Notes: a model not told the origin generated them from the letters alone. Counted from the stretch's first letter, positions 9,982 to 21,235 are shown. The stretch is 64,000 nucleotides of DNA from Escherichia coli (GCF_016903815.1 NZ_CP069972.1), one strand, 5' to 3'. Translations and numbers: made by a program.

Positions 9982-10670
9982 CCGAAAATACCGAGCCATC
10001 CTCGCCATCACATCCGGCACCTGACCCGGAAATACTGAAGAGCACAATCAGGGCTATGAAGCAGTCAGAACAGCGGGCAAATAATGTCCCTGCGCTGATA
10101 AAAGCGCTTTTATGTACGGGCACATGTCTTCTTATCAGTATTACTGGTAACGCCATTCAGTACTGGCACTCAACGAATGTGGAGCGCGAATATTTCGCTA
10201 CAGACAATGGTCGTCTGGTCAGGCTGGCACCAACAAATCAGCCAGCATGGAGTCAGAATGACGCAATGGCCTTTGGCAGCCAGGCACTGGCGACCGCATT
10301 CAACCTGGATTTTGTGCACTATCGTTCACAGATTTCCTCTCTGTCTCCGCGTTTTTCTGACGAAGGTTTTGCCGGATATGTGAATGCATTACAGGCATCT
10401 AACATTCTGGAGACGATCAAGAAAGAGAAGATGAATCTGACCGCCACGACAGGCGCTGGCGTTCTGGTACGACAGGGACAAATGTCCGACGGCGTATGGT
10501 TCTGGACATTTCAGTATCCTGTCCGTATGCGTCTGGTCGGCCAGACAACCAGCAAGCCAGAACAGTCTTTTGTTTTCGAAATCACCATCCAGCGTGTTGA
10601 CCCCAGACTGAAACCATCCGGTATGGAAATCCGGCAGATGATCTCCCGTAACGCCGGACCGAACTCCTGA
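9978..10670 (+). CDS. traM: TraM-like T4BSS protein (230 aa)
   Basis: ATGA overlap with traL; one TM segment; operon position. Confidence 0.55.
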   Translation: MTENTEPSSPSHPAPDPEILKSTIRAMKQSEQRANNVPALIKALLCTGTCLLISITGNAIQYWHSTNVEREYFATDNGRLVRLAPTNQPAWSQNDAMAFGSQALATAFNLDFVHYRSQISSLSPRFSDEGFAGYVNALQASNILETIKKEKMNLTATTGAGVLVRQGQMSDGVWFWTFQYPVRMRLVGQTTSKPEQSFVFEITIQRVDPRLKPSGMEIRQMISRNAGPNS

Positions 10671-10680
10671 GATAAGTAAT

Positions 10681-11664
10681 ATGCAATCACGTTATTTACT
10701 GAGCACACTGCTCCTGGTGTGCAGCGCCGCCACGTCTGCAGATAACGCAGGATGGCAGAACGCACGCACACCACAAACGACAAATTCTGCCAGCGATCAC
10801 GTTCAGAACGCCTCCCAAAACACCGGAGGTGTTCCGGCAACACTGGTAAAAGGTGAGCTGCCTGCCCCCGGGCAGGCCAGCCCGCTGGTACAGGATGCGG
10901 CAAGACTTGATTCTGAGCTCTCCGCCGATGAGATTCGCTCACTACGCAGTCTCATGGCGGATAACGAGCGGGCCATCAATGCGCCCATCACCAGTGTTGT
11001 ACCCCGTATCAGCTCTCTGACAGTTAATCTGTCCCCCGGTGCCAGCCTTCCTCTTGTTCGCACAGCCATGAACAACCTGAGCGTAGTGACATTTACCGAT
11101 ATCAACGGTTCACCATGGCCACAATCCGATCCTCCTTATAACGCGGCACCAAAACTCTTTGATGTGCAGTACAACGAGAACATGGTGACAATCACACCAT
11201 TGCGGCCATGGGCATCCGGAAACATTTCTGTCTACCTGAAAGGTCTGTCGGTACCGGTCATCCTGAACGTAACCAGTGGCGAAACAGATACGCCGTCATC
11301 CAGTCAGGAAATGGACAGTCGTCTGGATCTGCGAATACCACGGCAGGGACCAACCAGCCCGGTTGTCTCCATCCCGACGGATAAAATCGCCCTGCATGAC
11401 GCAACATTACAGGCATTTCTGGATGGTATTCCTCCCCGGGACCCTTCAGTTAAGAGGCTGAAATTCACAGGTAATGTCCCGGATACAACGATCTGGCAAC
11501 ACGGCGATGACCTTCTGGTTCGTTCCCGGGCGATATTGCGCGATGAATTTGAACAGACCTTGTCCTCTGCCGACGGAACTCATCTCTGGAAGCTTCCCGT
11601 CACCCCACTACTGACTTTCTCTGTGAATGGCCAGTCCGTTCACGTGACACCAGAACTGGAGTAA
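10681..11664 (+). CDS. traN: TraN-like exported T4BSS protein (327 aa)
   Basis: Signal peptide MQSRYLLSTLLLVCSAATSA; operon position. Confidence 0.55.
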   Translation: MQSRYLLSTLLLVCSAATSADNAGWQNARTPQTTNSASDHVQNASQNTGGVPATLVKGELPAPGQASPLVQDAARLDSELSADEIRSLRSLMADNERAINAPITSVVPRISSLTVNLSPGASLPLVRTAMNNLSVVTFTDINGSPWPQSDPPYNAAPKLFDVQYNENMVTITPLRPWASGNISVYLKGLSVPVILNVTSGETDTPSSSQEMDSRLDLRIPRQGPTSPVVSIPTDKIALHDATLQAFLDGIPPRDPSVKRLKFTGNVPDTTIWQHGDDLLVRSRAILRDEFEQTLSSADGTHLWKLPVTPLLTFSVNGQSVHVTPELE

Positions 11665-11666
11665 TC

Positions 11667-12956
11667 ATGAGTGCTGAACAGGATGCCGGTAAATCCGGAA
11701 AGAAACTGGCTGCCCTGCTTGGGCTGAGCAGCATCATCTTATTTGGCGGCAGCTATATCGCGTTTTCCAAACTATCAGGGAGTAACAGCGATATGCAGTC
11801 AGCCGTGAACATAAACAGTGCTGCAAGTGGCGGTACGCGCAGCGTTACCGAAACGCCTCACTATCGTGAACTGTTAAGAGCGGATAATGAACGAGGGGCT
11901 GCGGCGGCAGCCCGCAATAATCAGACGTTCATTGCCAGTCTTCCGCAGGGGCTTGATATTCCGGACACTCCGGAAAAGCAACAACAGCCTGCAGCAAAAC
12001 CGGAAAACTATGCTTATCGCCAGGCTTCCGGCACACCAGAGGAGGATCGAGCAGCCAGTGAAAAGCGTATGGAACGGCTGCAAAAGCTGATTGTAAGAAT
12101 AAAAGATCAGCATCCTGCCGGTAGTACACCAACCATAGCAACGACTATGTGGAATAAATCTCCGGCTGAAACAACAGGGCAGAATGGTACGCAGCAATTC
12201 GCATTACAGAATGCCAGCCTGTCCACGCCTGTAGCAGAAAAAGGGATACAACTGATACCTGCCCTGACCCGTATACCGGCATATATTGATACTGCAGTGG
12301 ATTCTGATAACCCGTCATCCAAGGTTATCGCAACCATTCCCGCTGGCCCCTGGGCAGGGGCAACGCTGTTCAGTCCGGGAGTCAAACTGGTGGGTAACGG
12401 CGTGGAGATCCATTTCGACCGGATGAGCTGGAACGGCATGGACCTTAAGGTCAATGCATATGCTCAACGGGAAGACAACCTGATGTCATCCGTGGCCAGC
12501 AATGTGAATACACGCTGGTTTAAACATATCATTCTGCCGTCAGTGTTAGGAGGTGTGGGCAGTATTGGCACACTTTATAAAGATGCCAACACGCAGGTTA
12601 TTCAGGGTAACTATGGCACGGTTACCGGACGCGTGGGAATGCCCAGTGGTGAAGCTGTTGCGGGCGTTATTGCCGGTGGTATGGCGGAAAGAGGAAGTCA
12701 GATATTAACCCGCCAGGCAGAAAGTGAGCCCTATAAACAGGTAGAAGTGTATCAGCATGAAGTCGTATCAATTCTGTTTGTTGACCCGGTAATGACAAAC
12801 GACGCCAGGTCATCTTCCCTTTCCAGTGGCATTTCCCCTTCAGTTAATCGTACATCACAGGCGGAACAACGCTCGCAGGCACGAATGCAGACAGCCATGG
12901 AGCAAAGAAAAGCTGTGATGCAACGTCGGTATGATGAACAACCGGAGACACCATAA
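11667..12956 (+). CDS. traO: TraO-like T4BSS core protein (429 aa)
   Basis: GGAG RBS; N-terminal TM then Q/A-rich periplasmic region; operon position. Confidence 0.55.
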   Translation: MSAEQDAGKSGKKLAALLGLSSIILFGGSYIAFSKLSGSNSDMQSAVNINSAASGGTRSVTETPHYRELLRADNERGAAAAARNNQTFIASLPQGLDIPDTPEKQQQPAAKPENYAYRQASGTPEEDRAASEKRMERLQKLIVRIKDQHPAGSTPTIATTMWNKSPAETTGQNGTQQFALQNASLSTPVAEKGIQLIPALTRIPAYIDTAVDSDNPSSKVIATIPAGPWAGATLFSPGVKLVGNGVEIHFDRMSWNGMDLKVNAYAQREDNLMSSVASNVNTRWFKHIILPSVLGGVGSIGTLYKDANTQVIQGNYGTVTGRVGMPSGEAVAGVIAGGMAERGSQILTRQAESEPYKQVEVYQHEVVSILFVDPVMTNDARSSSLSSGISPSVNRTSQAEQRSQARMQTAMEQRKAVMQRRYDEQPETP

Positions 12957-13660
12957 TGAAACCTGAAACAGAAATAGATGAAACCGGCAGCTTCGGTGAA
13001 CCCGAAGAGAAACCCGCCCCCTTCTGGAAACGTTCCGTCTGGGGGATATCTGTAGCAACATGGGGGCTATGTGCAGTCGTGTTGCTCGCAGCCATATGGT
13101 ATCTGTTCCTGAGAGCGCCATCGGAAACAGGCATGCCTCCGTTTAATGATGCGGATGCTGGCGTACAGACCTGGCAAACCACACAAGAATCATCACCTTC
13201 TGTTCAGTCCACTGAGACTATGACTGTCCGGACAGGAGAAGATATGAGCCAGCTTGCCCGGGATGTAAAAACAGAGCTGGATAACCGCGATGAAAAAATT
13301 CAGGCAACACTGAATATGCTTCACGACAGCATTAACAAGCTGGGCGAAGCTATAAAAAAGGATGAAGAATACGCACAGGAAACGCGCCGTCAGCTGGATG
13401 ATATCCGGAGCCGCCTGAACGGAATAATGACACAGAAAAGCGTCACTGAATCCTCTTCCACACCGCATCCAGCAAAGAAAAAAACGTCGTCTGTTCTTAA
13501 CGGAATGAAAATCATGTCGATGGAAACTGGTATGGCCTGGATTCGCTGGCAGGGTAGTACCTGGGCTGTCAGAGAAGGTCAGACGCTGGGCAATGTGGTG
13601 ATCCAGCGGATTGATCCGACTACCCGGACCATCATCACCAGTGCAGGGACGTTACGCTGA
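12956..13660 (+). CDS. traP: TraP-like T4BSS protein (234 aa)
   Basis: ATGA overlap with traO; single TM, coiled-coil-like region; operon position. Confidence 0.55.
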   Translation: MKPETEIDETGSFGEPEEKPAPFWKRSVWGISVATWGLCAVVLLAAIWYLFLRAPSETGMPPFNDADAGVQTWQTTQESSPSVQSTETMTVRTGEDMSQLARDVKTELDNRDEKIQATLNMLHDSINKLGEAIKKDEEYAQETRRQLDDIRSRLNGIMTQKSVTESSSTPHPAKKKTSSVLNGMKIMSMETGMAWIRWQGSTWAVREGQTLGNVVIQRIDPTTRTIITSAGTLR

Positions 13661-14187
13661 TGAACATGGATGCCCTGACCGCCATTGAGAACTTTGCCAG
13701 CAGTATTTTCAGTGCCGGAATGGATTTCCTGTTTACCTGGGGAGAATTCATCGGGGTGATCAGCATGATTACCCTGTTTGCCCGCGCCCGTTCAGCCGGT
13801 CCGGTAAAAATGTCTCCCGGAAAATTTATTGCGGGGATGTTAACCAGCTGCATGCTCGTATCACTCCCGGCAATGATTAACGCCGGAGGCGTACAAATGG
13901 GATTCAGGGCTGACTCATTTGGCCCGATTGCATATGTACAACCTCAGACGTTTGGCGCTGCTGCTGGCGCAGCAAATGCAGTTCTGTCGCTGGCCAAGCT
14001 GGCCGGTGTGGGATTTGTCATGAACGGGATATCCATCTGGCGCAAGGCCGGACTCGATGGACATACCGCACTGAGTGCCAGTGAATCCGTCAGTAAGGGA
14101 AACGTCAAATTTATTGCCGGCGTCCTGCTGGTCTTTATCGATCGTGTCCTCAATGCCCTGCTGGCAAGCATTGGAATCGTCTTCTGA
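13660..14187 (+). CDS. traQ: TraQ-like integral membrane protein (175 aa)
   Basis: ATGA overlap; multiple hydrophobic helices; operon position. Confidence 0.55.
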   Translation: MNMDALTAIENFASSIFSAGMDFLFTWGEFIGVISMITLFARARSAGPVKMSPGKFIAGMLTSCMLVSLPAMINAGGVQMGFRADSFGPIAYVQPQTFGAAAGAANAVLSLAKLAGVGFVMNGISIWRKAGLDGHTALSASESVSKGNVKFIAGVLLVFIDRVLNALLASIGIVF

Positions 14188-14237
14188 TTTTTTTCACCTT
14201 CATATAAACCACTGATATATCCATTTAAGGAGAAACT

Positions 14238-14642
14238 ATGTCACGTATTCGTGTCGTGGCGGCCCGTCTGTACGCCGCATTTATCCATGCACAACTGTTT
14301 GTAATGTCATGCCGGAGCAAACTGACTAAGTACCTGCTGCTCATTCCCATGATGTTGCTGCCCAAAGCCGTTCTTGCCGATGGAGATCTTGCCGATATGG
14401 TTCGCAATGTTGGTGAAGGTGCTAAAACAGCACAGTCATCATCAATCACTATTGCGCAGTTCATCGGCGTAATTCTGTTTCTCGGGGGCCTGATTGGCCT
14501 GAAAAAAGTTGGGAAACAAGGGGGGATGGGACTGGCTGGTTGCATTGTATCTATCGTCATTGGGGCGGTACTTGTCGCCGGACCTGAAATGATGAGTCGC
14601 AGCCAGAAACAGTTGGGGATTTCCTCAATTTCCATTGGCTAA
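14238..14642 (+). CDS. traR: TraR-like membrane protein (134 aa)
   Basis: AAGGAG RBS; two TM segments; operon position. Confidence 0.5.
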   Translation: MSRIRVVAARLYAAFIHAQLFVMSCRSKLTKYLLLIPMMLLPKAVLADGDLADMVRNVGEGAKTAQSSSITIAQFIGVILFLGGLIGLKKVGKQGGMGLAGCIVSIVIGAVLVAGPEMMSRSQKQLGISSISIG

Positions 14643-14705
14643 TCTTGTCCAGGGCACTGGCATTTATCCGGTGCCCTTCCTATTCGGCAATACAAGGAGG
14701 CACAT

Positions 14706-14894
14706 ATGTCTGCCTGGAGCCCGGAGCACATAACGTTACGACGAACAGAAAACGGCAATGTGATTGCCCACGACAGTCGGGACGATCAGGAATTCATTTT
14801 TGCAGAATGCTGTTCCGATGAAATCGCAAACATCATTCTGGAAGCCGTGAAATGTTACACCAGTACGGAGCCTGCTCATGCAACACAGCATTAA
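14706..14894 (+). CDS. traS: TraS-like small protein (62 aa)
   Basis: AAGGAGG RBS 7 nt before ATG; operon position. Confidence 0.45.
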   Translation: MSAWSPEHITLRRTENGNVIAHDSRDDQEFIFAECCSDEIANIILEAVKCYTSTEPAHATQH

Positions 14895-15678
14895 AGACTT
14901 GTGGTTGTATCCCTTTCCAGAAATTGATGTGGTTCATACTCAGGAGGCACTGTTACCGGAACCGGAATTAACAACGCCCGGTCGATGTATCTGCTGCCGG
15001 CAAAACGTCAGGCACCGTTTCAGACTGGATGACTCATGGCCACTCAGACAGCTTACCGACACAATCAGTAACACACGAGTTCGTCTTAATAAGGCCACAG
15101 AACATCTGGTTAAGTTAATCAGGCGTGGTGAACCAGTCGCAACCGGCAAAAAGGAAAAGTACAACACGGCAGTAAAAGCCGCTGAACGGGCGCTTGAGCA
15201 TGCCCGTCTGTCTGCCAGACGTCTTTCACTCCGCCATGTACAGAAAGCTGAAATCACCAGTACAGAGCCGTTGTCAGGGAAAGAGCAGGAGCTGTTTCAT
15301 GAAGACGGCCCGCCTTACAGCTTATGTGCTTTCTGCCACGCCTGGCATTCACTGAATGGTTATGCCGCAGCACAGGGCGTTATGGTGTGGCTACCCGACC
15401 TTCATCCATCCACGGTCGTGGCCCTTAACCGTCGTTCATTACAGGAAGTTTTCAGTAATGATAAGTTCCGGGTCCGGCGAGGACGGGAAGCGCTCTCTGC
15501 ACTGATGCAAAACAGACTGGCGGTTGAGGATAAATTCCGAAGTTTCCGCCCGGCCGATTTCGCTGACGTTTTTCGTCGCTACCCACCTTCCGGTCGTTCG
15601 CCTCTGCGTGAAAAAATGAACGGTATTGCCCTGATTCTGACACCAGATTCATTCATCAAAAAAGAATACGTTGATTGA
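14878..15678 (+). CDS. traT: TraT-like protein (266 aa)
   Basis: Start overlaps traS end; stop overlaps traU ORF; operon position. Confidence 0.5.
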   Translation: MQHSIKDLWLYPFPEIDVVHTQEALLPEPELTTPGRCICCRQNVRHRFRLDDSWPLRQLTDTISNTRVRLNKATEHLVKLIRRGEPVATGKKEKYNTAVKAAERALEHARLSARRLSLRHVQKAEITSTEPLSGKEQELFHEDGPPYSLCAFCHAWHSLNGYAAAQGVMVWLPDLHPSTVVALNRRSLQEVFSNDKFRVRRGREALSALMQNRLAVEDKFRSFRPADFADVFRRYPPSGRSPLREKMNGIALILTPDSFIKKEYVD

Positions 15679-15767
15679 TTTTTCTTCATGCCACTCCAGC
15701 GCGGGGTGGCATTAAAAAAATCAAACTGCACAAACCTCCCTCCTGTAAGTCCGGAGTTCCCTCACCT

Positions 15768-18700
15768 ATGAACATAAACCGTTTAATCTTCACTATCGAA
15801 GACTGTCTGAACACGCTATCCCGTTTCTCTGTCGCAAGCAGTTTTGTTGAGTATTGCGATTTACGTACTGTAATTGGTCTGGACAGACAGGATCGTGAAC
15901 GTCGCCCATGGCTGAATTCGCCCTATATTGCAGCCACAAAGCGTGGAGAATATCTCTCTGTCTTTGAAGTCAGCGGTGCTTTCAGGGAAATGGATGAAGC
16001 ATCCGACCAGACTGGCTCAGGTTCACTGGAATCGCTGATCACCAGCATGAGTGACAGCCTGAATACGGCATATAAAAACAGCGGTCATAAAATCAGCTGC
16101 GTTTTCGAGCGTGACCCTGAAATGGGGAAAGAGGAAATCGAAGACATGGTCGCCCCACAAAAACGCTCACTGGCTAATACAGGTATCCAGTTACAGGATG
16201 TGGTCGATGAGAAAGTCACAACACTGTCCCCATGGCTGGTCCGGGAGCGTTGCTGGCTGGCGATCTGGAGTGGACCCGACCTTATCAGCAACAGCGATCG
16301 CACTGCCCATGATGAGCTTGTCAGAAGACTGGCTGAACGGGTACCGAAAGCACGCTTTGCCCAGTCCCCCTGGCAGTGGACCTTATCTGCACTGAAAATC
16401 CGCCACGAAGCTTTTCTTGATAATGTGGAACAGGCACTGAGACATTCATCTGATGGCCTGATTCTCCGGCTTCTGGATATACACGAAGTCGGGCGTGAAA
16501 TACGTCGTCAGACAGAACGGTACAGCACACCGCGTAACTGGCAACCCCACCTGCCTGAAGATGCCCAGCCAGCAGGATATCGCTGGACTGACGATGAATC
16601 CGTACTACATGCTCCTTCATTGCATTTGCAGTTATTCAACACGCAGGTGACCACACAGGGCAACCTGGTTCAGGCGGGCGGACTCTGGCACGGAATGGTA
16701 TCGATTACTTTACCTCCGCAAAATCTGCAGACGTTTAACGAACTGGTCCGTGCCGTCCCCCGCGCAGTCCCCTGGCGCATCAGAATGGATCTGATGCCCG
16801 GCGGGATGAAGGCTCTTAATCTGAAGAAAACGCTTCTGACTTACAGCAGCTTCATTTCTGCCGTTCGTCCAATGTATGAATCCGTTATGACCCTGGCGGC
16901 AACGGATGAAAAAGAACCTGTCTGCATAATGACCATCATGGCCTCCACGTGGGGAAAAACACGTGAAATATGCGCACGAAACCAGGCCATTCTGAAATCA
17001 GCCATTGAAGGCTGGGGCGTATGTGGCACCACGACAACATTTGGCGATCCCCGACGCGCCTGGGTGAATACCATTCTCGCGGCATCCGGAGGCTCCGGCC
17101 CGGTTCCCCTGTATCCCCCGTTGTCACATGCCATCTCGCTTTTCCCGCTTAACAGGGCAGGCTCTGTCTGGCGAGGCAAAGGGAATCTGATGTTACATAC
17201 AGAAGACGGTTCCGCATTTGAGGTTGGTCTGGCGTCATCCCAACAAAATAAACATACAGAACTGGCACCAGGCGATCCGGGACTGGGTAAATCAGTTCTG
17301 ATTAATACGTTGTCGGAAATACAGATATCATCTGCTCAGAAAAACCTGCCCTTCATTGCCTATATCGATAAGGGATACAGTGCTCAGGGACTGGTTCAGC
17401 TTATTCGCGACAGTCTTCCTCAGGAAAGAAAAGACGAAGCTGTCGGTATTATTCTGAGCAATGATCCGGACTACACCCGTAACCTTTTTGACGTGATGTA
17501 CGGCGCTAAAAAGCCTATTACGCCGGAAAAGAATTTCATGTCATCGGTGCTGTGTGCTCTCTGTGTCGATACCGGTACCGGTCAACCCTGTAACCCCGGA
17601 GACACCCGACAAATTATCAACCAGCTTATCGAGCTGGCTTTTAAAGAGTACGGTGAAAATAATCCGCGACTTTATCGCGCCTCAACGGAAGAACTGGTGG
17701 ATTCAGCACTGCAGGACTCGGGACTGTATGAAAAACATGATGCAGCCTGGTGGGCCAGATCAACCTGGTTTGAAGTCCGGGATATGCTCCACAATGCCGG
17801 GTATATCATGGCGGCTCAGCGGGCACATTATCAGGCAATGCCCCAGCTTCCCGAAGTGTCCTCGATGCTGGGCCATACCAGTCTCAGGGATGTTTTCGGT
17901 ACTGTTCAGCGTGATGGTTCAAACGAGCTTCTGCTGGACTACATCCGCCGCGCCCTGGAGCAGGGACATAACGACTACCCCATGATATCCGGGTATACCC
18001 GGTTTATGATCAACCCGGAAACCCGGGTTATCGCTGTCGATCTGAATAATGTTGCCGGTGACAAAACGCCTGCAGGCAGGCTTAAAACCGGCATCATGTA
18101 CCTGCTTGCAGGTCAGATCGCCGGTGGTGACTTCACCCTGCCACAATACAGGGATGAAGTGTTAAAGCAGCTTCCACGGGAATACCATGAAATCGCTCTT
18201 AAACGTATTAACCAACTTGATCAGGAGGTTAAGACAAAAGTTTATGATGAACTGCATAACGCCCGGGGCATTGACTTCATCTGGGAAAATCTGGATACCC
18301 AGGAGCGTGAGCAACGCAAGTTTGCTATCCGCACGGTTCTGAGTACGCAGTATCTGAGGGACTACCCGGAAAGCGTTCTTAAGTCAGCAAATACTCTCTG
18401 GTTACTGCGCTACAAACCCGAAGATATCCCCGTACTGAGGGATAACTTCAACGTGCCTGAATTTATGCTGAAACGCTTCCTGAAAATGCCGGAAGGCCCG
18501 GCACCAGATGGTAGTGGTGTTCCTGTTCTGGGAGTATTCAGGGTAAAAAGTGGCACGCTTGCGAGAATACTCAAATTTACCGTCGGTCCACTGGAGCTAT
18601 GGGCGCTGAACTCATCGCCAAAAGACAGTGCCCTGCGTAAAACACTGACAAATAAGTTAGGTTCAGTTCGGGCACGTAAGATTCTGGCCGAAAACTTCCC

Positions 18701-18812
18701 CAGAGGTTCTGCAACGTCATTAATTGAGCACCGGGCGGGCCAACATAACAGTGACAATGTTATTGAAGAACTGGCCTCGGAGCTCATCCGAAAACAGGGA
18801 TACAATCTCTGA
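15768..18812 (+). CDS. traU: TraU, DotO/IcmB (VirB4-like) T4BSS ATPase (1014 aa)
   Basis: ATG 15768 is in frame inside track ORF 15675..18812; Walker A GDPGLGKS; 1014 aa equals recalled R64 TraU length. Confidence 0.8.
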   Translation: MNINRLIFTIEDCLNTLSRFSVASSFVEYCDLRTVIGLDRQDRERRPWLNSPYIAATKRGEYLSVFEVSGAFREMDEASDQTGSGSLESLITSMSDSLNTAYKNSGHKISCVFERDPEMGKEEIEDMVAPQKRSLANTGIQLQDVVDEKVTTLSPWLVRERCWLAIWSGPDLISNSDRTAHDELVRRLAERVPKARFAQSPWQWTLSALKIRHEAFLDNVEQALRHSSDGLILRLLDIHEVGREIRRQTERYSTPRNWQPHLPEDAQPAGYRWTDDESVLHAPSLHLQLFNTQVTTQGNLVQAGGLWHGMVSITLPPQNLQTFNELVRAVPRAVPWRIRMDLMPGGMKALNLKKTLLTYSSFISAVRPMYESVMTLAATDEKEPVCIMTIMASTWGKTREICARNQAILKSAIEGWGVCGTTTTFGDPRRAWVNTILAASGGSGPVPLYPPLSHAISLFPLNRAGSVWRGKGNLMLHTEDGSAFEVGLASSQQNKHTELAPGDPGLGKSVLINTLSEIQISSAQKNLPFIAYIDKGYSAQGLVQLIRDSLPQERKDEAVGIILSNDPDYTRNLFDVMYGAKKPITPEKNFMSSVLCALCVDTGTGQPCNPGDTRQIINQLIELAFKEYGENNPRLYRASTEELVDSALQDSGLYEKHDAAWWARSTWFEVRDMLHNAGYIMAAQRAHYQAMPQLPEVSSMLGHTSLRDVFGTVQRDGSNELLLDYIRRALEQGHNDYPMISGYTRFMINPETRVIAVDLNNVAGDKTPAGRLKTGIMYLLAGQIAGGDFTLPQYRDEVLKQLPREYHEIALKRINQLDQEVKTKVYDELHNARGIDFIWENLDTQEREQRKFAIRTVLSTQYLRDYPESVLKSANTLWLLRYKPEDIPVLRDNFNVPEFMLKRFLKMPEGPAPDGSGVPVLGVFRVKSGTLARILKFTVGPLELWALNSSPKDSALRKTLTNKLGSVRARKILAENFPRGSATSLIEHRAGQHNSDNVIEELASELIRKQGYNL

Positions 18813-19426
18813 TGTGTACAATTCATATCACCCCACGCTGCCGGAGACCTGCCAGAGGGCAGGTATTTCTTAAAAAACTTGAGGTAAAAGGTGACAGTTT
18901 CTCATTCACTCTGCCGTCACGTGTCTTCAGGTTACATCCGGCCCCCAATCCCAGAGTGATATACGCCTCGGATGCCAGAACACAGGGAAAGGTCACAGGC
19001 ATGCGGCTGTTGTTGCCGTCCAGCACAGATGAGCTGATAACAACGGCAATATGGCAGGTTTCTGTCCCGGATGAAGCACCATTCGACGTTCAGCATGTCA
19101 TCCAGTGGATACTCCCTTCACCGCTGGCTTCGCTGATGTCCGATGATACCTGGTTATGGCCATCCGTTCCCGGAACGCCGGCACTGAGTGCCGGTGACTG
19201 GCCTGTTATGGATACTGACCCTTCCACCTTACGGCGCGTCAGACGTCGTTCTTTCAGCATCATCGATAACCGGAACAGGAAAGGTTATATCACCAGGCGA
19301 TATCAGTGTTTCCCACTGGCCCCACTACCTGAAGACAGAAAATACGACAGCCTTCCTGACCTTGTGCTCCATCCCGAGCAGGAGACAATAAAATGCAAAG
19401 AAAAACATTACTCGCAGCCCTTATAG
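18812..19426 (+). CDS. traV: TraV-like protein (204 aa)
   Basis: Start overlaps traU stop; operon position. Confidence 0.5.
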   Translation: MCTIHITPRCRRPARGQVFLKKLEVKGDSFSFTLPSRVFRLHPAPNPRVIYASDARTQGKVTGMRLLLPSSTDELITTAIWQVSVPDEAPFDVQHVIQWILPSPLASLMSDDTWLWPSVPGTPALSAGDWPVMDTDPSTLRRVRRRSFSIIDNRNRKGYITRRYQCFPLAPLPEDRKYDSLPDLVLHPEQETIKCKEKHYSQPL

Positions 19427-20595
19427 CCACCCTGAGTGGAACGGCATGCCAGGCTCATGCTTATTCAGTCACCGTCGTCGCCAGCCGGCCTGTTGAAGAG
19501 CAGGTCATCCCCAGAATGGAAGCCATCAAAGATGTCCTTGGCAACATACTGAGTACCCAGACAGCCACGGGTACCGCTATCAATCAGAACTCTGAAAAGC
19601 TGGCAAGTGTCATTGCCCAGAACGGACAGGCGACACGTCAGCAGATGATTTTCAGTAATGAAACTCAGCGCCTCGAGGAGGCTCGGAAAAGCTTCACCGT
19701 GCCGGACTCCATCTGCAGTGAATCCGCATCAGGGATTGCAACAGAAAGCAAAAGTGCCTCAGCATCCGCAGCCTCAAAACTCAGTAAAGGTGGCGGTGTG
19801 AGCAACCGTAGCCTCCGCGACCGTCTGGCCAGCGCAGCAAACTCTCCCGTGCGGGAAGCTTATGATGGCGCGGCCATACACGCCAGTTACTGTACAGAAG
19901 CAGAATATGCACGTTTTGGAGGAACCGCCGTTTGTCCTTCTGTGGGCGAAATACCAGGTGGAGACAGTCAGGTACGCTCGATTTACCACGGCGCAGGTAC
20001 AGCGGACACACCTGCGGCACTGACATGGGATCAGAAGCAAATAGATGCAGCGACTGCTTACATGAAAAACACTTCCCGCCCCTCTGCCGGTCGTGCTCTG
20101 GGTAAAGGAGAAGTGAATACCCAGAGTGGGCGAACCTACGTCGGACTCCAGAACGAATACAACGGCATCATTGATTCTGCGTCGAATCCCCAACTGACGC
20201 TGATTGCTGACAGCACGCCTAATGAAAGCACACGTAAAGCACTGGCTGAAACACTGCAGTCAGACTCAGCGGCCGCTTACTTCGACCAGGTGGCTTCACC
20301 AGAAGCAAAAGCACGGGGATATATGAGTACCCGTGAGTTTGAAGCTTTTGAGGCTGGCCGGCGCTACGCCAACACAGCATACCTGGTGGATTTACAGGAA
20401 ATGCAGGGAGATAACCTGCTCCGTGAACTGGTAAGAATCACTGCGCAAATGAACTGGCAACTGAACGACCTGAAAGAACAGATCCGCCAGGGTAATGTCA
20501 TCTCTGGACAGCAACTGGCTCTGACCGCCCGCCAGTATTATGAAAAACAACTCGGTAGCCTTGAGAAAACAATCAATCAGGCAAACGCACGTTGA
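19393..20595 (+). CDS. traW: TraW-like lipoprotein (400 aa)
   Basis: GGAGAC RBS; signal peptide with Cys (LSGTAC); operon position. Confidence 0.55.
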   Translation: MQRKTLLAALIATLSGTACQAHAYSVTVVASRPVEEQVIPRMEAIKDVLGNILSTQTATGTAINQNSEKLASVIAQNGQATRQQMIFSNETQRLEEARKSFTVPDSICSESASGIATESKSASASAASKLSKGGGVSNRSLRDRLASAANSPVREAYDGAAIHASYCTEAEYARFGGTAVCPSVGEIPGGDSQVRSIYHGAGTADTPAALTWDQKQIDAATAYMKNTSRPSAGRALGKGEVNTQSGRTYVGLQNEYNGIIDSASNPQLTLIADSTPNESTRKALAETLQSDSAAAYFDQVASPEAKARGYMSTREFEAFEAGRRYANTAYLVDLQEMQGDNLLRELVRITAQMNWQLNDLKEQIRQGNVISGQQLALTARQYYEKQLGSLEKTINQANAR

Positions 20596-20623
20596 AAGCT
20601 GACGTCAGAACAGGACTGAAAAA

Positions 20624-21208
20624 ATGAATAAGTTACCGGAAAATTCAGACCAGACGAAAAACGTCAAAAAATCACCATCCATAACCCGCATAGCCACCCG
20701 GGGGATTATTAACATTTTTGTTCCTCTGATGGAGACTCGCCTGATAACGAATTCTGTACAGCATATGCTGGAACAACAAAAACGCAGGCTGGACAGATTT
20801 CGTCAGGTAAATAATAAAAAGGCGCAACTCCACCTCACGTGGGAAGAAGCTCTGCAGGCCAGCCATATGTCAGTAGACGATCTGGATCGTCGTTTCCGCC
20901 GGCGCAGAACAGTATGGCGATTCTGTTGCTGGAGTCTGCTGGCCATCGCTTTGTTTCTCAGTGGTATGCTCTTTGCCGCCTCTTCATTACCTCTTACGAC
21001 TCTGGTACGCGCCATCAGCACTCTTGTGTTGATACTGTCAGGCGTCGCTCTTTGTGCTTCCAGAGCACTGATTGTTACATACCGCCTCTGGCAGTTGCAT
21101 GAACGAAAAGTCAGCGAACCCGAGCAGGGGACTTTCCGTGATTTTCTGAACGACCGCAATGGCTGGCGCAATGCCACATTAATTGCCGTAACCAGTAAAC
21201 AATACTGA
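20624..21208 (+). CDS. traX: TraX-like membrane protein (194 aa)
   Basis: Two TM helices in C-terminal half; operon position. Confidence 0.5.
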   Translation: MNKLPENSDQTKNVKKSPSITRIATRGIINIFVPLMETRLITNSVQHMLEQQKRRLDRFRQVNNKKAQLHLTWEEALQASHMSVDDLDRRFRRRRTVWRFCCWSLLAIALFLSGMLFAASSLPLTTLVRAISTLVLILSGVALCASRALIVTYRLWQLHERKVSEPEQGTFRDFLNDRNGWRNATLIAVTSKQY

Positions 21209-21235
21209 TCACGTCCAGATGCCAGTACCACTGGC